From: Planctomycetota bacterium
GTDB lineage: Bacteria > Planctomycetota > GCA-002687715 > CAIWVZ01
DNA: 64,000 nt
Reading direction: 5' to 3'
Assembly (NCBI GenBank): GCA_044222185.1
Contig: JBGANV010000009.1
Coordinates: forward strand, 1 to 64,000
Part shown: one piece after another, positions 9,055 through 20,060 of the stretch
Layout: every line of letters starts with the position of its first letter
Numbering within the stretch: the first letter of the stretch is position 1
Notes under the pieces: model-generated
Database searches by the model: none
What the model was told of the DNA's origin: nothing
Seen by the model: only the letters and a program-made list of their open reading frames with translations
Made by a program: the position numbers and the translations under genes

Positions 9055-10932
9055 ATGGAAAAACGCTTCACGCTCGCTCTCGTCCTCACCTTCGCGTTCG
9101 TGATCCTGTGGATGCAGGTGATCAAGCCGAAGTTCTTCCCGGCACCGCCGGCACCCCCGGTCTCCACGGACTCGCGTCCGGTCGAAGCCGACTCCCGCGC
9201 GCAGACGTCCACGGCACCCACGACGCACGCCGAGTCTCGCCCCGTCGTCGCCGCGACCGAAGCGAAGACGCCGAGCATCGAGAATGAGCACGTTCGGCTC
9301 GAGTTCTCGTCAGTCGGGGCGGTGATCACCAAGGCCGCGCTGAAGGACTTCAAGACGATCGCCGGTTCTTCCGAGCCGCTGAACATCCTCCACGCATTCA
9401 AGGATCGGGCCCGGGCACTGGAGCTGCGCGACACGAGCGACGGCACGGCCTGGCTCGAAGCCAGAAACTGGGCAACCCAGGTCGACGAAGCTGGTTCGTC
9501 GATCACGTTCACGATCGAGCGGGGTATCAGCGGACTCGACAGTCCCTATCGCATCAAGAAGAAGGTCTCGCTCCCGAAAGGCGCCTACTACGCGGACGTC
9601 ACCTTCTCGTTCGAGTACCTCGCCGCGAGCGGACGCATGGAGAAGGCCGTCCGCCTCACTCCCACCGGCGGCGTGAGTCTCGACTCCGACGCCTACGGCA
9701 CCCACGACCTGACCGGTGCCGAATCGGCCCTGTTCAAGAACGATCCGCAGGAAGGCGAGAAGTTCGCGAAGACGACTCCGCTCGAGGTCGGCAAGGGTCT
9801 GAAGGTGCCGGCCGGCGTGGAGTTCATCCCGGAATCCGACCTGCCGCGCGTGACCCAGTCGCTGAACGGTACGCGCCGCTACACGGCCGACCTGAACAGC
9901 TACTTCGGCGTCTACTGCGGGCTCACGGACATGCCGCCGAAGATGGAGGCATCCTTCGTCGGAATCGTCGACCCGGAAGCGACGGGCCGTGCGAAGAACA
10001 CGGTCTCGCGTTCACGCGTCGACCTGGATTTCCGATTCGTGGGCGACGCCGGCAAGGCCGTCGAGCATTCGCTCTTCCTTTACTTCGGCCCGAAGGAAAC
10101 CAAGCGCATCGAGCAGCGCCTGACCGGCACTCACGCCGAATGGGTGCCCGACTTCGGGCGGGTCTACGCCGACGCCCTCGGCATGTTCGCGTTCGTCGGG
10201 AAGGCCGTGCTCTGGCTGCTCGGGCTGTTCCACTGGATGACCGGGAACTGGGGCGTCGCGATCATGCTCCTGACGTTCGCGGTCAAGCTGCTGATGTTCC
10301 CCGTCACGCGCCGGTCTCAGGCCTCGATGCTTCGCTACTCGGAGGCCATGGGCAAGCTGAAGCCCAGGCTTCAGGAGCTCCAGCAGAAGTACAAGGAGGA
10401 CCCCAAGCGGATGATGATGGAGCAGCAGAAGCTCTACAAAGAGCACAACGTGCCCATGGTCCCGCTGGGCGGCTGCCTCCCGGTCTTCCTGCAGATGCCG
10501 ATCTTCTACGGACTGTTCGCCGCGCTGCGCTCGTCCATCGATCTGCGGCATGCGCCGTTCTGGTGGGTCGCGGACCTCTCGCAGCCCGACCATCTCATCC
10601 GGTTCGATCACCCGTTCCAGAATCCGCTCGTGCACCTGCCCTGCACGTGCTGCCTGCCGCCGGGCATGTCGGACACGCTCTCCGGCCTCCACCTCCTCCC
10701 GCTGCTGATGACGGCTGCCTGGTTCCTGAACCAGTTCCTCATGCCGAAACCCCAAACGGAGGACCCGCAGATGGCGCAGCAGCGGAAGATGATGATGTTC
10801 ATGCCGCTGATGTTCGGCTTCATGATGTACAGCTACGGCGCAGGCCTCTCGCTGTACTGGCTGACGTCGAGCCTGCTCGGCATCATCGAGACGCGGCTCA
10901 TCAAGCGAAAGCTGCCGGCGAAGGTCGCATGA
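9055..10932 (+). CDS. yidC: membrane protein insertase YidC
   Basis: N-terminal TM anchor, large periplasmic domain, YFGPK, GNWGVAI, GGCLP..LQMPIF, W..DLS.PD, GLSLYW. Confidence 0.95.
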   Translation: MEKRFTLALVLTFAFVILWMQVIKPKFFPAPPAPPVSTDSRPVEADSRAQTSTAPTTHAESRPVVAATEAKTPSIENEHVRLEFSSVGAVITKAALKDFKTIAGSSEPLNILHAFKDRARALELRDTSDGTAWLEARNWATQVDEAGSSITFTIERGISGLDSPYRIKKKVSLPKGAYYADVTFSFEYLAASGRMEKAVRLTPTGGVSLDSDAYGTHDLTGAESALFKNDPQEGEKFAKTTPLEVGKGLKVPAGVEFIPESDLPRVTQSLNGTRRYTADLNSYFGVYCGLTDMPPKMEASFVGIVDPEATGRAKNTVSRSRVDLDFRFVGDAGKAVEHSLFLYFGPKETKRIEQRLTGTHAEWVPDFGRVYADALGMFAFVGKAVLWLLGLFHWMTGNWGVAIMLLTFAVKLLMFPVTRRSQASMLRYSEAMGKLKPRLQELQQKYKEDPKRMMMEQQKLYKEHNVPMVPLGGCLPVFLQMPIFYGLFAALRSSIDLRHAPFWWVADLSQPDHLIRFDHPFQNPLVHLPCTCCLPPGMSDTLSGLHLLPLLMTAAWFLNQFLMPKPQTEDPQMAQQRKMMMFMPLMFGFMMYSYGAGLSLYWLTSSLLGIIETRLIKRKLPAKVA

Positions 10933-11024
10933 CCTCCGCGCGCGCCCGGACGTGATGCGTCGGGCGCGCGAGGAGCGGGACCACGCCGGCCGGGCTGACG
11001 CGCCGCAGAGCGTCGCCGGAGATC

Positions 11025-12344
11025 ATGGAAGACACGATCGTCGCCGTCAGCACGGCGCGCGGGTCCGCTGCGCGCGCGACCGTGCGGCTTGCAGGTCCGC
11101 GGGCATTCGCGCTGTTCGCCGGGCTCGTGGCCGATCGGTCGATCGCCGCCGGTACGACCAGGCTCGCCGGACCGCGGCGAGCGTTCATTCCCATCGATCG
11201 CTTCGGTACGCCCGCGCCGTGCGACGCGTGGTGCTTCGTCGGGCCCAGGTCGTTCACCGGCGGTGACCTCGTCGAGTTGCACCTGCCGGGCAGCGCGCTG
11301 CTCGTCGACCTCGTCGTGCGGCGACTGTGCGCGGCGGGAGCGCGGCCGGCGCACCCTGGCGAATTCACCCGTCGGGCGGTCATGGCCGGCAAGCTGGACC
11401 TGACCCGAGCCGAGGCGACGGCCGCGCTGATCCGCGCGCGGGACGAGAACGAGCACCGTCGCGCCAAGGCCCTTCTCGACGGTGGCCTCGCGCGCGCCAT
11501 CGCGACGATCGAGGATCGCGTCGTCGCGCTGCTCGTCCCGCTGGAGCTCGCCCTCGACTTCTCGGACCAGGACGTGACCATCGTCGAGCCCGACTCCCAC
11601 GCGGCGCGGCTTGCCGAGCTGGCAGATGAGGTGCGACGCCTGGGAGACGCGTCGCAGGCGACGCCGCACCGCCACCTTCCGCGCATCGTCCTCCGCGGCC
11701 CCGCCAACGCTGGCAAGAGCAGCCTCTTCAACGCCCTTCTCGGCCGGCCGGCCGCGATCGCGACGCCGATTCGCGGCACGACGCGGGATGTCGTCGCCGC
11801 CGAATGGAACGGCGTGGCCGGCGGCGCGTGGCTCGTCGACACCGCCGGTGACGACGTGTTCGGCGGCCCGCTGGACGACCTCGCGCATGCGGCACGGGAG
11901 CGGGCGCTGCTCGAGGCCGATCTCGTCCTCGAGGTGCGCGACCTCCGAGCGGCGGTGTGGCCCGCGTCGGCCGACGTCCCGTTCCTTCGCGTCGGCACCA
12001 TGCTCGACCTCTTGCCCGACGGATCCCGACCGCCCCCCGGGATCGTCGCGGTCTCGAACCGGACCGGCGAGGGTCTGCAAGCCCTCGGACGGGCCATTTC
12101 GGGGGTGTTCGAGCGCGGCGAGGGTCGCACCGAACCGTTCCTCGTGACCGACCGCCACGCGGTCCACCTGCAGGCCGCGTCGGCTGCGATCTCCCGCGCC
12201 GCGTCCGTGCTCGGAACCGCTCCGCCGGAGTTCGCCGCGGCCGACCTCCGCGACGCGCTCCGCGAAATTCGACGAATCACGGGAGCCTCGGGCGAGGACC
12301 CGGTGTTGGACCGCATCTTCCGGGACTTTTGCATCGGGAAGTGA
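11025..12344 (+). CDS. mnmE: tRNA modification GTPase MnmE
   Basis: DTIVAVST, PGEFTRRA, G..NAGKSS, GTTRD, DTAG, terminal FCIGK. G4 is degenerate (TMLD). Confidence 0.92.
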   Translation: MEDTIVAVSTARGSAARATVRLAGPRAFALFAGLVADRSIAAGTTRLAGPRRAFIPIDRFGTPAPCDAWCFVGPRSFTGGDLVELHLPGSALLVDLVVRRLCAAGARPAHPGEFTRRAVMAGKLDLTRAEATAALIRARDENEHRRAKALLDGGLARAIATIEDRVVALLVPLELALDFSDQDVTIVEPDSHAARLAELADEVRRLGDASQATPHRHLPRIVLRGPANAGKSSLFNALLGRPAAIATPIRGTTRDVVAAEWNGVAGGAWLVDTAGDDVFGGPLDDLAHAARERALLEADLVLEVRDLRAAVWPASADVPFLRVGTMLDLLPDGSRPPPGIVAVSNRTGEGLQALGRAISGVFERGEGRTEPFLVTDRHAVHLQAASAAISRAASVLGTAPPEFAAADLRDALREIRRITGASGEDPVLDRIFRDFCIGK

Positions 12345-12398
12345 GGACGCGCTCCGCCGACTCGCGTCGTCGCGGTCCGTTCGCGACCCTCCCGGTCC

Positions 12399-12428
12399 TT
12401 GACCATCAGAGAACGGCGGTGGTATGAA
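12399..12428 (+). promoter_or_regulatory. candidate sigma70 promoter for nrdR
   Basis: TTGACC-N18-TATGAA with TGn extension. Confidence 0.35.
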
Positions 12429-12480
12429 CCGCGGACTCACACCGTCCTTCTCGGCGGCGCGGGTTACCCGGGGGGTGCGC

Positions 12481-12963
12481 ATGAGGTGCCCGTTCTGCAA
12501 GAAGGACAACGACAAGGTCATCGACTCACGGTCGAGCAATGACGGATCGGTGATCCGCCGCCGCCGCGAGTGCGTGGCCTGCGAACGTCGCTACACGACG
12601 TACGAGCGCGTCGAAGAGGCGCCGTTCCGCGTGGTGAAGAAGGATGGTTCGCGCCAGCCGTTCGAGCGTCCGAAGATCACGCACGGGATCGAGCGAGCCT
12701 GCGAGAAGCGGCCCGTGTCGACGGAACAGATCGAGCAGCTCACCGACCGCATCGAAGCGCGCGTCAAGGAGATGTTCGACACGGAGGTGAGCTCGCGCGT
12801 CATCGGGAACATGGTCATGGACGAGCTTCGCAGCCTCGATCCGGTCGCCTACGTCCGTTTCGCGTCCGTCTACCGTGAGTTCAAGGACGTCAGCGAGTTC
12901 ATGAACGAGCTGGCATCGGTGCGTGGGAAGGAAGGGAATGTCCCTGATCCGGCAGGTACGTGA
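12481..12963 (+). CDS. nrdR: transcriptional repressor NrdR
   Basis: MRCPFC zinc ribbon, VIDSR, RRRREC, ATP cone, VAYVRFASVY. Confidence 0.97.
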   Translation: MRCPFCKKDNDKVIDSRSSNDGSVIRRRRECVACERRYTTYERVEEAPFRVVKKDGSRQPFERPKITHGIERACEKRPVSTEQIEQLTDRIEARVKEMFDTEVSSRVIGNMVMDELRSLDPVAYVRFASVYREFKDVSEFMNELASVRGKEGNVPDPAGT

Positions 12964-15001
12964 GGACGACGGCACACTGGTGCCGTTTCGCGAGCGCAAG
13001 GTCGCCGACAGCGTTCACGCCGCGCTCATCGAAGGCGGGATGAACGATCGGGCACTGGCGGAGGACCTCGCGGGACTCGTCACGCTGTTCCTCGAGAAGC
13101 GATTCGGTGAACAGTCGGGTGTTCCCACGATCGACGACGTCCAGGACGTGGTCGAGCGCGTGTTGGAGGAGACGGGGAACACGCGCGCCGCCAAGTCGTT
13201 CCGCCGGCAGCGAGAACAGCGCGAGGAGATGCGTGACCTGGTCACGGTGCGCGAGCCGGCAGCCCGAGGCGCGGACGACGTCGTCCTCCCCGACGACGCG
13301 GCGTCGGACGATCGCATCACGCGTTGGAGTCGCGCGCGGCTCATGCGGACGCTCACCGACGATGCGGAACTCCCGCCAAGCCTCGCTGACGAAGTGGCCG
13401 TGGCCGTCGAACGACGCGTCTTTGCCAGCGGCCTGAACTGCGTCACCGCCGACTTCGTCCGTCAGCTCGTCGAGCACGAACTGTTCACGCGCGGGATCGG
13501 GAATCAGAAGCTCCGCGACGATCGCGTCGTCGTGCTTCGTTCGGAAGTCTCGCCGTACTTCACGGGTGAAGACACGGGACCGACGCCGGCGGATCGTGCA
13601 GTCTCGTCGCCGATCCTCGCTCGGTTCGCACTGACGGAGATGCACGGGCCGGCGGTTGCACGTGCCCACCGTGAAGGCCGGATCCACCTCCATTCCCTCG
13701 ATCGCCCATTCGCCGTCGAGCGGCTGATCATGCCCGTCGACCTGGTGGCGCGCCCGGACGTACGGGCGTTTCCGCGTGCGCTCATCAAGCTTCGGCACGC
13801 ACTCGACTCGGTTCGAGACCACGTAGCCGGTGCCGTGGAGCTTTCGGGGCTGATCCCCTGGGTCGCCGAACGGATCGAGGCGTCGGACGCCGAGTCGGCT
13901 GCCGAGGACCTCGCCCTCGCGCTCTCATTCGACGACGCGTTCGACCGCTCCGCCGGGCCGTCGTTCGAGATCGACATCCCCGTCGGAGGGTTCGGCCCGG
14001 GCTCGGCCGGAGACGCGCGCGCTGCGCTGACCCGCGCGTTGCTCACCCGCCTGGTGGAGCGCCCGGCTCTGCACGAGCGTTGGCGCGTGACGCTGCTCGC
14101 CCCGCCGACGGCGCCGGCGGAGTTGGACGCCCTCGGAATGCGGGAGGCGGCACGTGAACTCGTGCTGGGACGGCCCGACGTGCGGCTGTCGGTGTTGCGC
14201 GACTCCGACTCGGACCCCTGGGCGAGCGAGCCGTCCCGCGCACCGGTTCCTCTCCACGTCTCGATCGCGCGAACCACGATCAACCTTCCGCTCCTCCTCC
14301 TGGACGTGGCCGGCCGCGGCCTGAAGGACGCCCTGCCGGAGCTGAACGACGGCCTGTCCCTCGTGCTCGACGCGTTCCGCGAGCGCTTCTGGCAGCAGCG
14401 TCGGGGCGCGCCGTTCGGGATCCACGGTGTGGTCGTGCGCTTCGGCGGTCCCGGCGAAGTCCAGGTGCGCGCCGACGCGCAGTCCGTCGACCTCGAGGTC
14501 TGGGGTCTGCCCGTCGCCCTCGAGCTTCTGGTCCTTCGCGGGGTGATTCCGCGGTCGATGATCCCGGAGGCGGCGGCACGGATCCTCGGGTACATCGACT
14601 ACACCGTCGCCGAGGAACACGATGGCGTGAGCCTGCGAGTGCGACTGGGCGGATGCCGGTCCCGCACCATCCGGCGGCGGTTGTTCTCCGCGGCCGAGCA
14701 GATCGCACGGCGTTACGCCATCTCGGATCTCCTCTCCCTCTTGAAGCAGGAGCACGCGGCGGAGGGCGTCCTGCCCGTCGCCGCGCCGCTGTTCGAGCGG
14801 AAGAACGCGCCCCTCCTCGAAGCACCCCTTCTGGGGCGTCTCGGGTTCGGGCTCTCCGTCCCGGCGCCGGCCCTGCCGGACCCGCTCGCCCACGAGACGT
14901 TGGCGCGACTCCGTTCGGAGACGCGGTTTGCGCGCTTCGGAGTCACCCGCGAGACCTCGGCCGACGGCCTGTTCGAGGTGCAGGAAGAGCTGTTCGCCTG
15001 A
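12938..15001 (+). CDS. double ATP-cone protein with a degenerate class III ribonucleotide reductase (NrdD-like) core
   Basis: Two ATP-cone-like segments and NrdD-like motifs AHREGRIHLHSL, AGAV, TINLP, GL. No glycyl-radical RxxGY loop and no CxxC zinc site. Confidence 0.7.
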   Translation: MSLIRQVREDDGTLVPFRERKVADSVHAALIEGGMNDRALAEDLAGLVTLFLEKRFGEQSGVPTIDDVQDVVERVLEETGNTRAAKSFRRQREQREEMRDLVTVREPAARGADDVVLPDDAASDDRITRWSRARLMRTLTDDAELPPSLADEVAVAVERRVFASGLNCVTADFVRQLVEHELFTRGIGNQKLRDDRVVVLRSEVSPYFTGEDTGPTPADRAVSSPILARFALTEMHGPAVARAHREGRIHLHSLDRPFAVERLIMPVDLVARPDVRAFPRALIKLRHALDSVRDHVAGAVELSGLIPWVAERIEASDAESAAEDLALALSFDDAFDRSAGPSFEIDIPVGGFGPGSAGDARAALTRALLTRLVERPALHERWRVTLLAPPTAPAELDALGMREAARELVLGRPDVRLSVLRDSDSDPWASEPSRAPVPLHVSIARTTINLPLLLLDVAGRGLKDALPELNDGLSLVLDAFRERFWQQRRGAPFGIHGVVVRFGGPGEVQVRADAQSVDLEVWGLPVALELLVLRGVIPRSMIPEAAARILGYIDYTVAEEHDGVSLRVRLGGCRSRTIRRRLFSAAEQIARRYAISDLLSLLKQEHAAEGVLPVAAPLFERKNAPLLEAPLLGRLGFGLSVPAPALPDPLAHETLARLRSETRFARFGVTRETSADGLFEVQEELFA

Positions 15002-15204
15002 CCCGCGACCCCCGCGCCGGGCGCCGCCCGGAAAACTAAAAAGACACTTCCCCTGGGGGTACCAGCTGGCGGGGGCCCCCTGTATCATGGGCCCCGCCTT
15101 GCGGAGCCGCGGTTCTCGATCCGGGTCGCGAGGGTGGTTCGACCTCCACATTGCCGTGGGGTCGGGGGTTTGCGGTCTCGAGTTCCAGAGGTCCGGGCGA
15201 TTCC

Positions 15205-18200
15205 ATGAGGCTGAAGAAGCTCGTCGTTCAAGGGTTCAAGTCGTTTGCCGACCGCACGGAGTTCAACTTCGACGAGGGGCTGACCTGCGTCGTAGGTCCG
15301 AACGGCTGCGGCAAGTCCAACGTGATGGACTGCGTGAAATGGGTGCTGGGCGAGCAGCGCCCGACGAGCCTTCGAGGCAAGGAGATGGCGGACGTCATCT
15401 TCAACGGGACGGACCGACGGCCGCCCCTGGGCATGTCGGAGGCGTCCCTCAGCTTCGACAACCGGGACCGCCAGCTCTCCATCGACGCGGACGAGGTGGT
15501 CCTCACGCGCCGGCTCTTCCGCAGTGGGGAGGGCGAGTATCTCATCAACAAGAAGGAAGTCCGGCTGAAGGACGTCCGCGACCTGTTCTTCGGGACGGGC
15601 CTCGTCCCCGGCGGCTACGCCTTCATGGAGCAGGGCAAGATCGACAGCGTGCTCGCCAGCAACGCCGTCGACAGGCGCCGCGTGTTCGAGGAGGCGTCGG
15701 GCATCTCCCGGTTTCGCGCGAAGAAGCGCGAGACCGAGCTGAAGCTCGAGAAGGTGGCCGAGAACCTCACCCGACTGAAGGACATCGTGGAGGAGGTCGC
15801 GCGGCAGGTGCGCTCGCTGAAGATCCAGGCAGGGAAGGCACGCAACTACCAGGAGATCTCCGCCAAGCTGAAGGAACTCCAGCTGGGTCACACGCTCCAC
15901 CGCTACGACGAGGCGTCCGCTGAACTGCAGACGGTCGCCGATCGCATCCTCACGGCTCAGGGCGAGCGTGACCTGTGCATGCTCGATCGCGATCGATGCC
16001 GCACGGATTACCAGGCCATCGACGCCGACCTCCGCGGCTTGAACGAGCGCGTCGCCGACGCGCGCGAGCGCGTGGCGGAGATCGCAGCCCAGCTCGACGC
16101 GGCCCGCGAGAAGGCCGAGTTCAACCTGCGCTACGAGGAGGAGCTTCGCACCCGCATCGAGAAACGGGTCGCCGAACTGGATTTCCGCAGCGGCGAGGCC
16201 GTGCGACTCGAGCAGGAACTCGTCGTCGTGTCCCGCGAGCGGGCCGACCTCGACCACGACTGCAAGCGGCTCGCGCAGGAGCGCGTGTCACGCACCAACG
16301 AGCTGAACGAAGCGCGCCGACGGGCGTCCGAGCTGGATGCCGAGCTCCAGCAGACGGTCGAGCGGCAGCGCGACCTCGAGCGCGGGCTCGCTCAACTCTC
16401 TGCCGACGAAGCGCGCCTGCGAGCGCAGGTCGGACATCTCAACTCCGAGGTCACGCGGTCCGACGAGGCCCGGGCCCGCCTCGACGGTGAACGCGAGGCG
16501 TTGCGGGCACAGATCGACGAGAAGCTCGGCCTGAAGGGGCAGCATGCGCAGGCGCTCGACGATCGCCGCCAATCGCTGGCCGGTGCCGAGGCGCATTCCG
16601 AGGAGTGCGACCGGGCGGCGTCCCAGCGCACCGAGGACCTGCGGCAGCTCGAGGCGGAAATCGCCCGCGTGGGCTCGCGCGCGGACGTGCTCGATGCAGC
16701 GCTCCACAAGCGCGAAGGCCTGGAGGAGGGCGCACGTGCGATCCTCGCTCGCAAGGAGAAGGACGCGGCGTTCCTCCCGGGGCTTCGGGGTGTTCTACTC
16801 GACCTCTTCGACGTCGACTTCAAGGAAGCGCGGGCCATCGAGGCGGCGCTCGGTGAAGCGGCGTCCGCGCTCGTCGTCGAGACCGTCGCCGAGGCGCTCG
16901 ACGGGATCTCGTTCCTCCGGTCGGGCAAGCTCGGCGGGGCCATGTTCCTGCCCCTCGAGTGCTTCCGCGGCGCGAAGCTCGGCGACCTGAACGGCATTCG
17001 CCCGAAGACCACCGAGATCGCGGCAGTCCTCACCGCGCTGCTCGGGGGCATCAAGGTCGTCGGCGTCGAGGCCTTGGCAGCGACGCTGTCAGGCGCGCAA
17101 CTCCCGCCCGTGCTCGTCACGCTCGACGGCGACGTCGTGCGCGATGGCCGCGTGTTCGTTCATCCTCGCGGGAAGGGGAAGCCAGGCCTCGTCGTCCATC
17201 AAGCCGAGCTGCGCGACCTTCGCCAACGCGCCCAGGAGCTCGACCAGCGTCGCGGGGCTGCGCGCGAAGCGCTTTCGGCCGCACGCGCGGCCACCGAGGC
17301 GGCGCGGGCACGCGTGAAGGAACTCTCCGTCGACCTCGTCCGCCAGCAGGGCGACGCGGCGCGTGTGGATCAGGAGCTGATGCGGCTCACGCACGAGATC
17401 GATCGGCTCCAGGAGCAGGAGCAACGTGAACTCGAGCGCCGGGCACGCAGCCTCCAGGCTCGCGACGAGGCCATGCGACGACTGGAGGACTTCGAGTCCA
17501 ATCGTCAGGTGATCGACGAGGATCTCGTCCAGCTCGAGAAGGACCGGCTCGAACAGCTCGAGCGCGTCGAGTCGCACGCGGGCGTGACGCACCAGTTCGT
17601 CGCAGCCCTCGAGGCGTGTCGCATCGACGAGGCGCGCGTCGCCGAGCGCTTGAACGCGCGGACGCAGCAGGAGCGAGGGCTTCGCGAGTCCATCCAGAAC
17701 GTGAAGGCCGCGATCGCGGCCGCCGAGCGCGAGATCGAACACGAGCAGGCACTCCGCGAACAGAGCATCAAGACGGCGGCGGACGAACGCGCGCGCGTCG
17801 AGCTGCTGACGGAAACCGTCGAGGCGGAGCGCGCGACGCTCGCTCAGCACGAGGCCGGCGCCGACGCCGTCCGCGAGCGACTGGAGGCGTCGGGCCGTCA
17901 GTTGCAGGGAATCGAGCAGCGGCTCGATCAGGTGAGCGAGCACCTCAGCCAGGTCCGGGGGCGCGACGCCGAGCTGCGCGCGCTCGTCGCCGGTCTGGTC
18001 GAGCGTGCGCGCGAAGAACTCTCCGTCGACCTGGTCGCGATGTACGAGACCGGGTTCACGCGCACGGAGGCGAATTGGGAGGCGATCGCCGACGAGATGC
18101 GCGAGCTCAAGGAGCGCATCGTGCGGCTGGGCAACGTCAACCTCGCAGCCATCGACGAGCTGAAGGAGGCGGAGGAGCGCGGGCAGTTCCTCGAACGCGA

Positions 18201-18972
18201 GCAGGCCGACCTGAACCACAGCCAGGAGACGCTGAAGGACGTCCTCGCGAACATCGAGAAGCAGTCGACGGCGTTGTTCCTCGAGACGTTCAACGCGGTC
18301 CGTGAGCACTTCACGGTCATCTTCCGCAAGCTCTTCAACGGCGGAAAAGCCGAGATCCTGCTGGAAGACGAGACCAAGCCGCTCGAGTCCGGCATCGAGA
18401 TCCGCGCCCGTCCGCCGGGGAAGGAGCTGCGCGCCATCTCGCTGCTCTCCGGTGGCGAGCGCACGATGACGGCCGTCGCGCTCCTCTTCTCCATCTTCCG
18501 CTCGAACCCCGCGCCGATCGCGCTGCTCGACGAAGTGGATGCGGCCCTCGACGAGGACAACACCGAGCGGTTCGGGCGCATGCTCGACGAGTTCCTCTCG
18601 CGCAGCCAGTTCCTCATCATCACCCACAGCAAGCGCACGATGGACAAGGCGAACATGCTCATCGGCGTCACCATGCCCGAGCGCGGCGTCAGCCGCCGCG
18701 TCGCCGTCCGTCTCGAGCAGATCGGGAACGACGGCCGCATCCGCGACATCGACGCGCTGAACCGCCAGGCCCAGCGCGAAAAGCAGCTGGTGACGGAGGA
18801 AGCGGCGCAGGAAGCCGCGGACGTCGCCGCGCAGCCACCGGTATCGCAGACGGTCGTCCCCAACGGGACCGTGGAAGGAAACGGCCACGCGGTCATCAAC
18901 CGACTCGAGGGGAACGGGCACCCGGCAACCGAGTCGAGCCGGGCAGGTATGGAGGCGGGCGCCGAGGCCTGA
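15205..18972 (+). CDS. smc: chromosome segregation protein SMC
   Basis: [14 protein letters not shown] Walker A, coiled coils with hinge, LSGGE signature, [10 protein letters not shown] Walker B. Confidence 0.97.
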   Translation: MRLKKLVVQGFKSFADRTEFNFDEGLTCVVGPNGCGKSNVMDCVKWVLGEQRPTSLRGKEMADVIFNGTDRRPPLGMSEASLSFDNRDRQLSIDADEVVLTRRLFRSGEGEYLINKKEVRLKDVRDLFFGTGLVPGGYAFMEQGKIDSVLASNAVDRRRVFEEASGISRFRAKKRETELKLEKVAENLTRLKDIVEEVARQVRSLKIQAGKARNYQEISAKLKELQLGHTLHRYDEASAELQTVADRILTAQGERDLCMLDRDRCRTDYQAIDADLRGLNERVADARERVAEIAAQLDAAREKAEFNLRYEEELRTRIEKRVAELDFRSGEAVRLEQELVVVSRERADLDHDCKRLAQERVSRTNELNEARRRASELDAELQQTVERQRDLERGLAQLSADEARLRAQVGHLNSEVTRSDEARARLDGEREALRAQIDEKLGLKGQHAQALDDRRQSLAGAEAHSEECDRAASQRTEDLRQLEAEIARVGSRADVLDAALHKREGLEEGARAILARKEKDAAFLPGLRGVLLDLFDVDFKEARAIEAALGEAASALVVETVAEALDGISFLRSGKLGGAMFLPLECFRGAKLGDLNGIRPKTTEIAAVLTALLGGIKVVGVEALAATLSGAQLPPVLVTLDGDVVRDGRVFVHPRGKGKPGLVVHQAELRDLRQRAQELDQRRGAAREALSAARAATEAARARVKELSVDLVRQQGDAARVDQELMRLTHEIDRLQEQEQRELERRARSLQARDEAMRRLEDFESNRQVIDEDLVQLEKDRLEQLERVESHAGVTHQFVAALEACRIDEARVAERLNARTQQERGLRESIQNVKAAIAAAEREIEHEQALREQSIKTAADERARVELLTETVEAERATLAQHEAGADAVRERLEASGRQLQGIEQRLDQVSEHLSQVRGRDAELRALVAGLVERAREELSVDLVAMYETGFTRTEANWEAIADEMRELKERIVRLGNVNLAAIDELKEAEERGQFLEREQADLNHSQETLKDVLANIEKQSTALFLETFNAVREHFTVIFRKLFNGGKAEILLEDETKPLESGIEIRARPPGKELRAISLLSGGERTMTAVALLFSIFRSNPAPIALLDEVDAALDEDNTERFGRMLDEFLSRSQFLIITHSKRTMDKANMLIGVTMPERGVSRRVAVRLEQIGNDGRIRDIDALNRQAQREKQLVTEEAAQEAADVAAQPPVSQTVVPNGTVEGNGHAVINRLEGNGHPATESSRAGMEAGAEA

Positions 18973-19010
18973 CGGCTTCGCGTGCCTCGTGCGCCACGCG
19001 GGAGCCGCCC

Positions 19011-19976
19011 CTGAGCCAATCCACGTTCGAGCGGATTCGTGAAGCGACGGCCTGGGTCTGCTCGCAGGCGCGATCCGTTCGAATCGTCGACGACCGCGTG
19101 GCGGCGTTCGCGCGGTCGCTGCCACTCGATCGGCTCAGTGCGCCGACGCTCGACCCGGCATCGCATTACCTCGGGCGTGGCGCGGACACGGCCGCGTTCA
19201 TCATCACCCTCGACGCGATCAACTTCGGGTCGGGCTGGTTCCCGTTCCTGAAGAAGCGGTCCGGCATGTCTGGCTACTTCACCGTGGCGACGTCGCTGGC
19301 CGAGCACTACCGGGCGCATGGACCGCCAACGGTCGCCGACCTCGAAGGCCTGGACGCCGCCCGCTGCGCCGCGATGTTCGGTCAGTCCCTCGATCAACCA
19401 GACTCGGCGGAGCTCATGGGCCTCTTCGCGCGCGCACTCAACGATCTTGGACGCTGCATCGGGCGCGGTTTCGGCGGGCGCTTCGACGCTTTCGTCGAGG
19501 CGGCGCGCGGCTCGGCCTCGCGGTTGGTGGAGCAGCTTCTCGAGATGCCGTTCTACCGGGACGTCGAGCGCTACCGCGGACGTGACGTTCCGTTCCTCAA
19601 GCGGGCGCAGATCACCGTGGCCGATCTCGCCATCGCGTTCGATCATTCGGGGCTCGGCCGCTTCGACGACCTCGACCAACTGACGATCTTCGCCGACAAC
19701 CTCGTGCCGCACGTACTCCGCGTCGAGGGGGTCCTCGATTACGACCCGGCGCTCGTCGCCCGGATCCTGCGCGAGGAAGTCATCCCCATCGGCACCGAGG
19801 AGGAGGTCGAGATTCGCGCATCGGCGGTCACGGTCGTGGAGCGGATCGTCGCCGTACTGAGATCCGACGGGCATCGCGTCACCCCGCAACAGGTCGACTA
19901 CGTCCTTTGGAACCGCGGCCAGGAGCCCCGCTTCAAGGCGATCCCGCGCCACCGCTGCCGCTCGACCTTCTACTGA
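19011..19976 (+). CDS. queuosine salvage protein (Q-nucleotide N-glycosylase, Qng1/DUF2419 family)
   Basis: DAINFGSG, KRAQI..ADL, LTIFADN.VP.VL, EVEIRA, D..LW. Proposed CTG start at 19011 with GGAG RBS; the track start is 19098. Confidence 0.85.
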   Translation: MSQSTFERIREATAWVCSQARSVRIVDDRVAAFARSLPLDRLSAPTLDPASHYLGRGADTAAFIITLDAINFGSGWFPFLKKRSGMSGYFTVATSLAEHYRAHGPPTVADLEGLDAARCAAMFGQSLDQPDSAELMGLFARALNDLGRCIGRGFGGRFDAFVEAARGSASRLVEQLLEMPFYRDVERYRGRDVPFLKRAQITVADLAIAFDHSGLGRFDDLDQLTIFADNLVPHVLRVEGVLDYDPALVARILREEVIPIGTEEEVEIRASAVTVVERIVAVLRSDGHRVTPQQVDYVLWNRGQEPRFKAIPRHRCRSTFY

Positions 19977-20060
19977 GCGACCCGAGCCCGCGCGCCGGAG
20001 CCTCGCCGCCGCGATCCGAAATCCTCAAGCCAGCGTCGCTTTTCGGCCGACGCTCCCTGC

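Noticed and set aside
12345-12480. NrdR box upstream of nrdR
   Set aside because: No match to the AT-rich palindromic NrdR-box consensus seen here or before smc.
15100-15170. tRNA-like GGTTCGA T-loop upstream of smc
   Set aside because: No cloverleaf, the loop length is wrong and there is no acceptor stem; only a simple hairpin.
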